DNA of 64,000 nt from Octopus vulgaris (Eukaryota). A model generated the notes under the pieces. That model had not been told where the DNA came from, made no database searches, and saw nothing but the letters and a program-made list of their open reading frames with translations. Position numbers and translations under genes: made by a program. Positions within the stretch are counted from its first letter, which is position 1, and the number at the start of each line of letters is the position of its first letter. The stretch is taken from the NCBI GenBank assembly GCA_951406725.2, contig OX597814.1, forward strand, positions 173,972,001 through 174,036,000, read 5' to 3'. Shown piece by piece: positions 39,290 to 50,900 of the stretch.

Positions 39290-40395
39290 ACAAAGGTATT
39301 TTAAAAAATCGAAAACTATCAACTAGATTATGGTTAGGAGATAAAGTTTACTCAATGTAGTTGCTCTTGGCTTCTACCACAGCCTCCAGAACCTGGTGCA
39401 TGTGTCCCAGAGAAGATCTTTGAACACCTCCTTGATCTTGGCTACTAGCTTGGCTTTGGAATTGCAGAGAAATTGTTAATATCTATGGGATAACAATTGG
39501 GGGAATTAGAATGCCAGAAATTGGGGCTGATGAAGTTATAGAAATTCTCCAACAACTACTTCTGACTCTTTTTGGAGCTATGGCAAGGAACCAAATCCTG
39601 TTGCTACTCATATGGCCTTCCAGCAGCAACACTCATCTGCTAGGAATTGACTACAGTCTCCAGCAGTTTCTGTCTGAATTGAGCCTAGGACCCAAAAGCC
39701 ATCACAATTTGGGAAAACTTGGTTTCATAATATGTGAGACATCACATGGAGTGTAGGCAAGCCAACTGTTGTCCTGGGCATTGTGCATCTAGTCCTGGCA
39801 GAAGTTCTTTTCATCTAAGAAGAACCAGATCATCGCTGGCTTGCTCAACGGTCTGCCTCAGCTTGTTCAGGAGCTTTTTTGACTTAGTCAAATGGTTCTC
39901 CCTGGCCTTGACTGTCAGAATTTTCCCCTTGCGCCTCTTGCACGAGTGATAATGAAGGTCCTTATTCAGCATCATTTTCATGGCGGTGACTTCAATTCCT
40001 GTCTCTTCACAAAAGCTCAGATTCCCTTACTTTGGTCTTCTATCACCTTGTCCTGCAGTTGTTGGCTGAATTCCAGCTGGCAGTGTTCCTTCTTGCTGGC
40101 TATGGCTTCGTAATTGCCATTACAGCTGTCCTTATCATGTCTTACAGCCTTTATAGTGTTCACAGGGTATTGGGTGTAAGTCATGATGTTTGCATTTTGA
40201 TATCCAGCAGAAATCATCCTGATACAGGTAACTCAATGTCTTCCAGTCCTTCGTGTTAGCTAACTTTTTTCCAAACTATAACTTTAATCTTTATACACTC
40301 TAACGCCTTTGACTGTTCACCAATACATTGAGCTGTTCCTGAGAAACAGGCAACATAAAAAGAAAATCATCCAGTTTAGCTCTAACACCCTGTAC
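39290..40395 (-). mobile_element. Degenerate Tc1/mariner-superfamily transposon (maT/DD37D-like)
   Basis: Minus strand QQDLVPCH..ENFYNFISPNFWHSNSPNCYPID (cf. QQDxAPxH, WPxxSPDLNPxD); terminus TAcagggtg at 40395. Confidence 0.75.
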
Positions 40396-40498
40396 ACTCA
40401 TGTTTAGAGTTCTAGTTTCCTGTTTGCCTCACCAAACCTACACATACATATATATACACATGTATGTGTATATACACACATATGTATATGCACATATA

Positions 40499-40717
40499 TG
40501 GCAGACTCGTTAGCGCGCCGGGCGAAATGCTTAGCTGTATTTCGTCTGCCGTTATGTTTTGACTTCAAATTCCGCCGAGGTCGACTTTGCCTTTCATCCT
40601 TTCGGGGTCAATAAATAAAGTACCAGTTTCACACTGGGGTTGATGTAATTGACTTAATCCCTTTGTCTGTCCTTGTTTGTCCCCTCTATGTTTAGCCCCT
40701 TGTGGGCAATAAAGAAA
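40499..40717 (+). mobile_element. SINE family B
   Basis: Homolog, inserted in a microsatellite. Confidence 0.9.
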
Positions 40718-40876
40718 TATATATATGTAGATATACAGATATGTGCCACACACACACACACATATATGTATGCACACACACCCACATATACACACCCACA
40801 TACATACATACATACATACATTTTGGGGTGGGTTGCACACACACGCACACACACGCACACACACACACACACAGAA

Positions 40877-41200
40877 GGGCTTGAAAGAACAGAAATTAAA
40901 GTGGTTTTGTGGATGAACAGAGTATCATTCAGAGAGAAGTAATCTAAAAATTGCAGACAACGACCGGGAATCGAGCCAGTGATGGATGTTGTAAAGTGCA
41001 ATGGGATAAGATGACTGGGTCATGTGCTGAGGAATGATGAAGGGTGATGGTGTGAGAAGAGTGATGGAAATAAATGTGGAAGGAAGTAGATGAAGAAACG
41101 GACTAAAAAAGCTGTGAGTAATGATGACAGGAGGAGGAGCTGGAAGGCAAGGTGGTTAGCAGTGGAGGATAGGGTAATATGGAGAAGACTATTATGATGG
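40877..41200 (+). mobile_element. Old RTE-like LINE C-terminal fragment
   Basis: LERTEIKVVLWMNRVS..IR*LGHVLRNDE, a degraded RTE C-terminal motif. Confidence 0.6.
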
Positions 41201-41439
41201 TAACCAGAAAGGCTTACACAAACTTTAACAGGGAATGCTTAAATGCATGTTCCTTTCCTAGTGGTAGACAAGGCTACACTTTTCTCTCAGTTTAAAATAA
41301 TGCAGTCACTTTTTATTTGTCTATGTGACAATTCAGAACAAAAGCATTGTTTAATTATATATAAAGTGGAATTTCTCATTAGGGGATTTCTGAGTAAAAG
41401 TTTAGTTCATCCATAATTTCTATCAAGGAAATAAAACTG

Positions 41440-41471
41440 AAACACACACATGCACGCACACACAACTCACA

Positions 41472-41537
<66 letters not shown>
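41440..41537. repeat. (CA)n microsatellite
   Basis: Seen directly. Confidence 0.95.
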
Positions 41538-41540
<3 letters not shown>

Positions 41541-41778
41541 TCATCAGAACAGGATGCTAAACTTATTGTTGTAATTTCATAAAACAAGCACTGAATGTTT
41601 TAAGTGTGTGTATGTATGTATGTATGTGATGTGAATACTTACATACTTAATTATGAGAGAGTATATTTATGTACAAGATAGGGCATTTAAGCTACTCCAA
41701 ATGTTGATAATAACTGCATGAAATAATTGGAATATATTTAGTTACACGCAAATAGCTCTGTGATACAGACTTGGTATA

Positions 41779-41920
41779 ATGTCTGTCGTACGTAAGAAAT
41801 CTCGTTCTATAAAGCAGTTTAACAGATACTTTAAGAAACTGCCTAATAAGAGTTCTGCACATTCTAATTTGGATTGGCTTAATGTGGAAGTGACAAAAAA
41901 TTTAACAGAAACATTCGAAG
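41779..41920 (+). CDS. Candidate alternative first (or mutually exclusive) coding exon of the EVI5-like gene
   Basis: Unique-looking ORF MSVVRKKSRSIKQFNRYFKKLPNKSSAHSNLDWLNVEVTKNLTETFE ending at GAAG|gtaact. The phase-1 donor matches the acceptor at 47802. Confidence 0.5.
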
Positions 41921-42017
41921 GTAACTGTCTTTATTGTCTTTTTTTTTTTTGCGATTATGAATAATTATTTTGTTTTATATTTCATTCATTTTTTTTATAT
42001 ATACATATATATATATA

Positions 42018-42235
42018 CTGTTGTGTCTGGGGAGAGTCATTCTCTTTTAGTGCCTTATTTAACACACTCACCGGTAAAATTTCCACTTCTTTCTTTTTTT
42101 TTTTTTTAATAAGAAATAATTGGAAATTCTACCGGTGAGTGTGTTAAATAATAAGGCACTAAAAGAGAATGACTCTTCCCAGACACAACAGAATATGCTT
42201 CAACACACGAACTCATATAAAGAATCTTGCAAACT
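42018..42235. mobile_element. Palindromic element in a (TA)n tract, about 70-bp inverted arms (probably a PLE terminus with inverted tail)
   Basis: ctgttgtgtctggggagagtcattctcttttagtgcctta.. (42018-42086) is the reverse complement of ..taaggcactaaaagagaatgactcttcccagacacaacag (42121-42191). Confidence 0.7.
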
Positions 42236-42449
42236 ATATATATATATAGTATATTCTGTTAAGAACATAGTAGAGTACAGTATAAAGCCTGTCCACCTTC
42301 AGATTTCACTCTGAGCTATCCAGTAGTATTATTATACATACTTCCAGGTTTGCATTAGGACTGTTGTCATGTATGAATAGATAGTTGTCAACAAGGAGTA
42401 TGGCTTGACATTCATTTTCAATTAGTACAAAATTTTCTATACAGTGTAG

Positions 42450-42760
42450 TTCTCCAGGTGTGAGAGTACTTGATTAGGCAACCATTTCCCTGCATTGTGA
42501 GATCTAGTTGTGTTTCCTCAGGCAATATGTAAACATTTACTCCGTAAGTTAAAGTTTTCGGCTTCAAGAGCATCCTCTATGTCTGTTGTAGTCTGCAGTT
42601 AGTAGTAGTTACTGAGTTTTCTCAAAAGATGTGGCTGAAGGTCTGTTGGCAAACAGCTTTGAACTTACGGGGACAATATTTACATATTACCTGAGGAAAT
42701 ACAACTAGGTCTCATAATGCAGAGAAACGGTTACGTAATCAAGTACCTGCACACCTAGAG
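42450..42760. repeat. Aged inverted repeat (about 105-bp arms, about 100-bp spacer)
   Basis: gtacttgattaggcaacc..ttcctcaggcaatatgtaaa..ccgtaagtt pairs with aacttacgg..tttacatattacctgaggaa..ggttacgtaatcaagtac, with several mismatches. Confidence 0.75.
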
Positions 42761-42976
42761 AGTTATGTTGCAGAGAAACAATTGAAGTGATTGGAAATAA
42801 ATATCCAATGTATATATGTATATAATCCTCCTTCTTTCTTTCCTTTCCTGAGCATCCAATAGCACTATACTTGTTCCACGTCCTCGCGTTGTTGTGTTTT
42901 CTCTTTGTGTTTTCATGTTTGGATTAACTTTGTGTATATGTATATATATATATATGTATGTGTGTATGTATGTATA

Positions 42977-43548
42977 TCATCATCATCATCATCATCGTTT
43001 AGCGTCCGTTTTCCATGCTAGCATGGGTTGGACGGTTCTACTGGGGTCTGTGAAGCCAGAAGGCTTCATCAGGCCCAGTCAAATCTGGCAGTGTTTCTAT
43101 GGCTGGATGCCCTTCCTAACACCAACCACTCCGTGAGTGTAGTGGGTGCTTTTTACGTGCCACCCGCACAGGTGCCAGACAGAGCTGGCAAACGGCCACG
43201 AACGGATGGTGCTTTTTATGTGCCACCGGCACAAGGGCCAGGCGAGGCTGGCAGTGGACACGAAACGGGGCGGTGCTGGCAACGGTCACGAAACGGAAGG
43301 TTCTCTTACATGCCACCAGCACTGGTAACACATCTGCAATTTCCAATGATCGATTTCCATTCTGATCCTCACTTGCCTCAACGGGTCTTCACAAGTAGAG
43401 TTTCGACGTGCCACCGGCACTGGTAACACATCTGCAATTTCCATTGATCGATTTCCATTTCTGATCCTCACTTGCCTCAACGGGTCTTCACAAGTAGAGT
43501 ATCGACATGGCACTGGTAACACATCTGCAATTTCCATTGATCGATTTC
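42977..43548 (-). mobile_element. RTE 3'-tail copy with about 2.4 tandem copies of a ~95-bp 5' segment
   Basis: gcactggtaacacatctgcaatttcca recurs near 43319, 43417 and 43510. Confidence 0.85.
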
Positions 43549-43550
43549 GT

Positions 43551-44362
43551 ACCTGCTACAAACTTGTGACATAGAAGGCAACTGGGAATTCCTGCGGGAT
43601 AGCTTGCTGAGTGCCTCAGACCAAATCTATGGGTGGTGCAAAGTCCCAACCAGACCTAGGGTAACATGGTGGTTGAACGTTGCCATAGACATGGCCATTA
43701 GAGCAAAGAAACAGACATGGAAGAGTGGAGGTAGCAGGGAGCTGTATCAGATAGCCAAAAGGGAAGCTAAGAGACAGGTATATCTCGCTAAGGGAGAAGT
43801 AGAAAAGAAGAAGTTTGCCTATGTCTAGTGACATGAGGACCAAAGAATTGAAGTGTTCCAGATTGCAAGGCAATGTATGAGAGAAAATTGTGATGTCATT
43901 GGAGGGAAATGTTTCCGCATGGATGATGGTACACTTAGATTTAATGATTCTGCAAAGAAAGAGACTTGAAAATGCCATTATGAAAGACTGCTGAATACAG
44001 AGAATGAATGGGAGGAGGAGAATCTGTCAAATGTTGATCCAATTGAGGGACCAGCTACCCAGATTGATGGTACCATGGTAGATAAAGCAATTAAGGACAT
44101 GAAGACAGGGAAAGCTCTTGGCCCATCAGGAATCACTACTGAGATACTTAGAATATCTGTTGGTGTAGGTTATGGTTTAGTCATCTGTATTGTAAATCAG
44201 GTGATACACAAAGGAGTCATACCCAATGACTAGTGTAGCAGTACAATAGTCAATGGCTACAACAGTAAAGGTGATGCCTTAGATAAAAAAATAACTACAG
44301 AGATATCAAATTGTTGGATCAGGTGATGAAAAGTTATGGAGAGAGTCATAGGCCAACTAATT
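43551..44362 (+). mobile_element. Degenerate RTE LINE internal ORF fragment (linker to start of reverse transcriptase)
   Basis: Translates across stops as TWWLNVAIDMAIRAKKQ..KAIKDMKTGKALGPSGITTEIL..IPND*..KGDALD..NYRDIKLLDQVMK. Confidence 0.9.
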
Positions 44363-45080
44363 CCACTATGGATTTAGCTCTGGGAAGTAGATCATCAGCA
44401 TATAGGAGTTTCTATAGAGAGCCAGTCTTAAACTCAATTGTGATGACCTGTAGGACTATGATGAATTGGAGAGAACTGAGCCTTGATGGTCATCTACCTT
44501 CACAATAAACTGTCACTGAAATAATTGACTCTTATGCACGCATATATATGTATATACATGGGTGTGTGTGTGTGTATCTATGTAAGTATATGTGTTTATA
44601 CGTATGTTTGTGTATGTATATATGTATGAATATATCTATGTGCATTATATGTATATGTATTTATACATGTTTGTATATGCATGTATTTGTGTGCGTGTGT
44701 ATACTGAGTACCCCTATCACACATCCCTTTCATCACATGGTTATGAGATACCTTTAATAGTAGGCAGTAGAACATTGATAATGATTGGTAATGTATTTGT
44801 GTGTGTGTGTGTTTGTGTGTTTACTGTCATCACCGATTTATTGTCCGCTTTTCCATGCTTGCATGGGTCAGACAGGAATTTGTTGCTGCAGATTTTATAC
44901 AGCCGGATGCCTTTCCTGTTACCAACCCTTACTTTTTTACAAGCGAAGTAATATGTCTCCTTGACCTGGATATATTTTCATAGTGGATTGGAAACAAACA
45001 GCACTTGTATGACAGTGATGCTTGATACAAACACACACACACACACAAATTTGGGGGAAGGGATTAAGTCGATTACATTT

Positions 45081-45725
45081 ATGACATATTTCATATCAGT
45101 TATGTTCGTATGAATAAAAGATTATCGTTATTAAACTTTTATTAATAAACACATATTCTAAGTTCACAACATTTGCAGTTTTAATTTTCCTCTCTGTTGC
45201 ACAGATACACATATTACATATTATATATTCGTTTAAGAAACAGATTGGGTTTATTTACATTTCTGAAGAAAAAAAGATATCCTTCCCCTCACCCCTAACC
45301 TTAACCCTAGCCCTAAAACAGATTGAAATGCAATAGATCGATACTAGGGTCATAATTTTGGGTGGACACCAAAGAGGGAACAGTTTTGTTACCCAGCTCT
45401 GTTTACGAGTGACCCCTCAGTTTATGGCCACAGGGTATCTTTTTTCTCATAAATAACAGGGACAATTTCATATGACACCGGAAATAAATGTTGTTGACAC
45501 ATTACGACAGAAATCGTTTTCACCTCAATAGACGTCATTGATTGGTTGAAATTGCCGAAATGCAAGAAATTAAAGACCAAATATCTTACAAACTACAGAA
45601 TTTTCTCAAGAAAGCCAAGAGAAAAAGATGCTTTGTAAACACATTCTACCAGTATATGAAGTTTAAAAGTGTTTAGTTACAAAGAAATTATTTTAAAACT
45701 CTGCCGGTCAAAGCGAAAAGATCCA
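45081..45725. mobile_element. Unclassified non-autonomous DNA element with telomere-like CCCTAA repeats
   Basis: CpG-richer block interrupting a SINE-B remnant; ccctaaccttaaccctagccctaa at about 45292-45316; ends gcgaaaagatcc. Confidence 0.45.
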
Positions 45726-46128
45726 TGTCATCCAGTGACCTACACATACAAAATCTGCATCAACAAATTCTATCTGACCCTAAAAATTGTAGTGATAATA
45801 CACATATTATTTGTATCTGTATTGCCCTTCAGGCAAATATAAAACTCAACAGTTCAGTTGCTATAGAGAATTCAAAAATGAACTTTGCACCAGTCATTAA
45901 CTGTGTATATGAGAGAGTGAGTGTGATTGTATTTTACACAGTAACACTGAAATAATGGTTTGAATTGCTCTGGTGGGTGGGTGTCTTTCAAGCATGAAAT
46001 TGGAGACTTTTTTCAAGGGGTCACAGTATGCTGGGAGTGGTATTTTTAGAAATTTGGACAACTGAACCAAAGGTCAGTCTCACAGCTTCTCTTTCACACA
46101 CAAACTTATAGGTAAATATACACACACA

Positions 46129-46182
<54 letters not shown>

Positions 46183-47801
46183 ACACACATACTTGTTAAC
46201 ATATAGAAAAGACACACTCATACTATAAAATACTTTCACATACACATTGTAACACATGGAACAGATTACCCCTACATACATAGGTACACACACACACATT
46301 CTCCTTCATACACACATACACATTCTCTTTCTCTCTCTCTTACATACTCATTACTCTTAGACAAGTGAAAGACCAATGGAATCAGTTTACAAAGAAAGAT
46401 TTTTAGCACATTTTCTAATCAGTAAATCAGTTTGGTGTAACGAATGCTATCAAATCAATTCTCCCCATCTTGGTTCATATTACCACCTCTCCAGAAGCTG
46501 AGGACAATGTGAGAAAGAGTGAACAGTGAGAGAAAAACAACATACATACATCAACCACAACTAACTCCAAAGTACACTTCCATTTTGCTGGTTGTTTTTA
46601 AATGGTATCTAGTGAATCAACAGGTTTCTGATAGCAAAACCTTCATCATATCATACCTACTGACATGTCTGCTGCAGGATCGTTTTTCTGTGCGTTTGTA
46701 AAAAAAAAAATGATTTTAATTTTCTTCAATATTATCAAGAGCCATGTCCTAAGTAAGATATGTCTGTGTGAACCTGTGCTTAGGTATATGTGTTTGAACA
46801 TATCTGTTTCTGTAAATGTGTGTGCTTAAGTGACCATTTGTGTTTTTTGTGTATATGACTGCATTTGTGGTTGTATGCATTTGTGTGTATCTGTGTGTAT
46901 TTTAAGTGAATGTGTATGTATACTTGAGTGTGACCACATGTGCTTGTTTTTTTTAGTGTGTTTGTGTGATAGATTCAGCATTTTCTTATTATTTGAACTG
47001 AAATTTCTTGGTCCTTAATTGCATGTTCAGCTTTTGAAATTTTGAATAGATTGTAGGAAATAAAAGTCAGGGAGAAATTTGACATCTAAATACTTCAAAT
47101 AAATTTATGTATTTTTATATATTGGTAATTAGTAACGTTTACCAGTTTGCTCACATATATATTCAAAATATATATATATATATAAAATGTGTGTGTGATT
47201 AGATCTATTTTATTTTTATTTTGATGTAACTCCACATTAAATGGGTCCTGTTATCAACTTGTTGCTACTATAACTTTTGTATTTTTATGAACTTTGCTTT
47301 TTCCTTTCTTGCTACAGAGAATATGTATACACCTGTAAAGTACTAAAGTCCACTAATACCTATGTTAAATTTGTTGCAGGACATCTTTTCTCTTCCTCTT
47401 GCTCTATGTATCTATTTCTCACCCCCAACATGTCTCTCTGTTTCTCTCTCTCATCCCTTTCTTTTCTCATCCCCCTCTTTGTTTTGATCTCTCACTGCCA
47501 CTTTTTTCACTGTTTGCCAAGTGAAGATAAGAAAAACAAAGCAAACAACAAGCAATTTAAAATTTAATTTTATGGACTTTACAATTCTATACCAATGAAT
47601 GTCTGAGCATATGGTTTATAAATGTTTAAAAAAAACTTCCCTAAATCAAATTTCAGTGTATAGGCATTGATAAGAGAGATTAGTTAACTTCAAGTCCACT
47701 GTGTTTGTTTATAATGATGAAATAATTAACATTTATCATTATTTACTGTTCTTCTTTTTCGTTTGCAATCTGTTTATGATTTTTATGCTTTTCTTCTTCA
47801 G

Positions 47802-47881
47802 CTTCCGAAAACCTCTGGCAAACATGGGGTAGAATTGTAAATGAATGGGATAACTTAAAGAAGAAGCCAACCAATTTGAAG
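47802..47881 (+). CDS. EVI5: EVI5-like coding exon (80 nt) just before the TBC domain
   Basis: Acceptor ttttcttcttcag|CT, donor AAG|gtaact. Encodes (A)SENLWQTWGRIVNEWDNLKKKPTNLK; WGRIVNEW is characteristic of EVI5. Phase 1 in, phase 0 out. Confidence 0.93.
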
Positions 47882-48036
47882 GTAACTTGTTTCACATTTA
47901 ATTCTGTTTGTGATATTACACTAACACAATTTTTGTCCTTGGGTAACAACTATTATTTCTTATTCAAATTAAGCTGTGCACATGTGCAAATTGAGTCCGT
48001 GTGTGTGTATAAGAAAAACATATTTACTAACAGAAA

Positions 48037-48305
48037 ATCATCATCATCATTTAACGTCTGCTTTTCATGCTGGCATGGGTTGGATGGTTTGACTGAGGGC
48101 TGGCAAACCAGATGGCTGCACCAGGCTCCAATCTGGTCTGGCAGAGTTTCTACAGATGGATGCCCTTCCTAATGCCAACCACTCCAATAGTGTTTTGGGC
48201 GCTTTTACGTACCACCAGCACGAGGGCCAGTCAGGTGGTACTGGCGACAGCCATGCTCAAATGGTATTTTTTATGTGCCAGTCCAGCGGTACTGGCAACG
48301 ACCTC
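48037..48305 (-). mobile_element. RTE 3'-tail copy
   Basis: Same family. Confidence 0.8.
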
Positions 48306-48584
48306 AAAGACATCAAATTTCCAGCAATTTAATTTTTAGTAATTAAAAGAAATCAGAAGCACTGTTCTAAGCAAAAAAAGTACAAAGCACGTCTGAGAAG
48401 CAATTATATTGTGTACTCAAATTTAGTTAGTTAGAAGAAAATATGCTGTTAAAATAAATTCTTTTACATACCCTTTTAACATTACTGTGATAGATCCCAG
48501 TAATGACCTCAGATTCTCTAGTACTGGTGCAATTGATACAGATTAAGTCTAATTTGAGCACCTATAAGTATTAAGACCAGTCCT

Positions 48585-48840
48585 TCAGGTGGTGCAAAGC
48601 ATGCCTTGTAAAAGCACCTGTGCAGTGCCATGTAAAAGTACCTCTGCAATGCCATGTAAAAGTGTCCATGCAGTACCACGTAAAAGCACCCAGCACACTG
48701 TAAAGTGGTTGGCATTAGGAAGGGCACCCAGCTGTAGAAACCATGCCAAATCATGCTGGAGTCAGGTGCAGTCCCACCCCACCAGCTTGTCACACTGTCC
48801 AACCCATGCCAGCATGAACAACGGACATTAAATGATGATG
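48585..48840 (+). mobile_element. RTE 3'-tail copy (older)
   Basis: Same family, opposite orientation to 48037-48305. Confidence 0.75.
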
Positions 48841-49199
48841 AAGGACGAAAAAATTTTAATCAAAAACTCTTTTTTTTATATCATTGTATGAGATAGAGTT
48901 TGTAGAACAGAAATTTGCAAAAGTTTTCTGAAAATACCAAAAACTAAGAAGGTTATGACTGGTTACATGGTATACTTCAATCTAGAATCAAGCTGTGCGC
49001 ATGCACAAATTTTTTTTTTTTACTTTTTGAATTTGAATTTTGAAGGATTTCAAAAATTATTTTGAAATTATAAACTGAATGCTTCTATAGCTGCAAATAT
49101 TCTTGTGTTGCATTCATTAAAGCAACTTTGAAATTATCAAATAGTTATCAAAAACACTGTGGTATATACAATTAAAAAGTACATATTCATTATCACAAT

Positions 49200-50900
49200 C
49201 TTCATGACCCAGCATTGAAATTGTTACTGATTATTGTATAATATACTCTGGAACTGTGTACATTGAAGAATAGAACAATCATCTTCTACATTAAATGTCT
49301 TAGCCTGAGAGAAGATGCTCTGAAATCTTTCATTGTCTATTCTCCTATTTGTCAAGAAGAATAGCAATGAAGATAAATTTGTTTAAAATATTGGTAGCCT
49401 CAGTTCTGATGTTTATGTCAGAACTGTTGTGTTCTGGTTACTATTTAAGAAGAGTGGTCGCACTCGCACATCTACGCTAGCTACTCGTGACTAGTCAATC
49501 CTATGACTACCTAGCACGAGTGCACGTATGCAAATTAATAGATGGGTCTTTTTTTAAACAAATTTTGTGTAAAAAAATTATTTTGTTAAAAAAAACCCAT
49601 CTATTAATTTGCATACACACACTCACGCTAGGTAGTTGTTGTAGGATCGACTAGTCACGACTAGCTAGCATGGATGCGCAAGTGCGCACACCGGGACCAC
49701 TCTTCTTAAATAGTACCGTGTTCTGTATCTTAAAGCACTTGCACTGTGTTCATGATTAATAAGTATAGCAATAACTGCTGCTAGATGCCCTGGCCATCAT
49801 AATTCCAATATGCACTTCAAACATGTACCTTTGTGTGCAGCAAACAACTTTGGTCTACACAGAAAGTTATAAAGAGAGCTTTATAAGCTACAAATCTCTT
49901 TCAGTACATGAACTACAACTAAATGCAACTAATGATTGAAGCAGTGCACATACAGAATTTCCTTTCCAATTTTCTGTTGCATTATTTTCTGAACACCACC
50001 AGTACAGCCAGACATTACTGTGACACCATAACAGCATTGAGATAAAATGCTTTCTGGCTTTAGCCCAGGATCTTCAATACTCTGAATAATTGCATTATCC
50101 AAACTTTCAGCATTAGAGTCATTGCACACAGTGAAAGCAATAAGACTTTCTGGCATGACCCCTGCTTTTACAAATCTCACAATCATTGAAATATTTTCAG
50201 TATTAGTTGGGTCACGAGTTCCATCACATTTAATAGTAAAGAAAGGGATATCTGTTTGATGAATATCGTCACTCATCTCATTCAAATTAGCATCTTTCAT
50301 AAGTTGTATAATTTCATTTTGCAACATAAGCGATGTGTACAACCCATTTTTAGGTATCATTGAAAATATTTCTTTTAGTTTGGAATCTTTTGTAAGAGTA
50401 TATTCAAAGAGCCGTAAAAATAGCCTGGAAACCTCATTTTCAATAATCTTGTCAAGATATTGCAATATTTTCATTGTGATCACCCCAATGTGCAAATTCA
50501 TTAACACATAAAAATTGAATTACTTCTTCAATAGATTGTATTGGTTTTCATTCACCATTGTAGATATGTTCTGGTTGGTTGTCCTACATTTCTGCCTTTC
50601 ACCCCAAACTTTCATAGCATTTTTATGTGCAGCAGAATTCTCATGCCTGCAAAAAGCTTTGCTTTTTAATAAAGCATTGTGCCAGTTGGTATATCCTTCA
50701 ACTTTAAAACTATTGTCAACATTCTGGGATATACAAAAATGACTAGATAGCAGAAAGCAGTCTTAAACAGAACTGAGAATTCTAACAAAAGTCTGCCATT
50801 GAACCATGAAGCACAAAAATCCAAGTGTTTTTTTTTAACTATATTGTTTAAGGATACACTGATAATTTTGGTTGATATGGCATATCTAATCCAGTTTGGT
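49200..50900 (-). mobile_element. hAT transposase fossil (TTF zinc finger / DUF4371, ZMYM-like)
   Basis: ORF 49929-50507 YTSLMLQNEII..FFTIKCDGTRD..ENISMIVRFV..SQCCYG..MSG..GGVQ..YVHCFNH. Upstream GYTNWHNAL..RHENSAAH is in another frame. Boundaries approximate. Confidence 0.85.
49437..49717. mobile_element. Fully palindromic MITE with 8-bp TSD (Merlin-like)
   Basis: TSD gtgttctg at 49429-49436 and 49718-49725; termini g(t/g)tactatttaagaagagtggtc; arms about 130 bp. Confidence 0.85.

Noticed and set aside
43318-43548. Repeat/spacer-like periodicity (CRISPR-like), also in the GTGCCACC arrays
   Set aside because: Tandem reiterations within an RTE 3'UTR; eukaryotic context, no unique spacers or cas genes.
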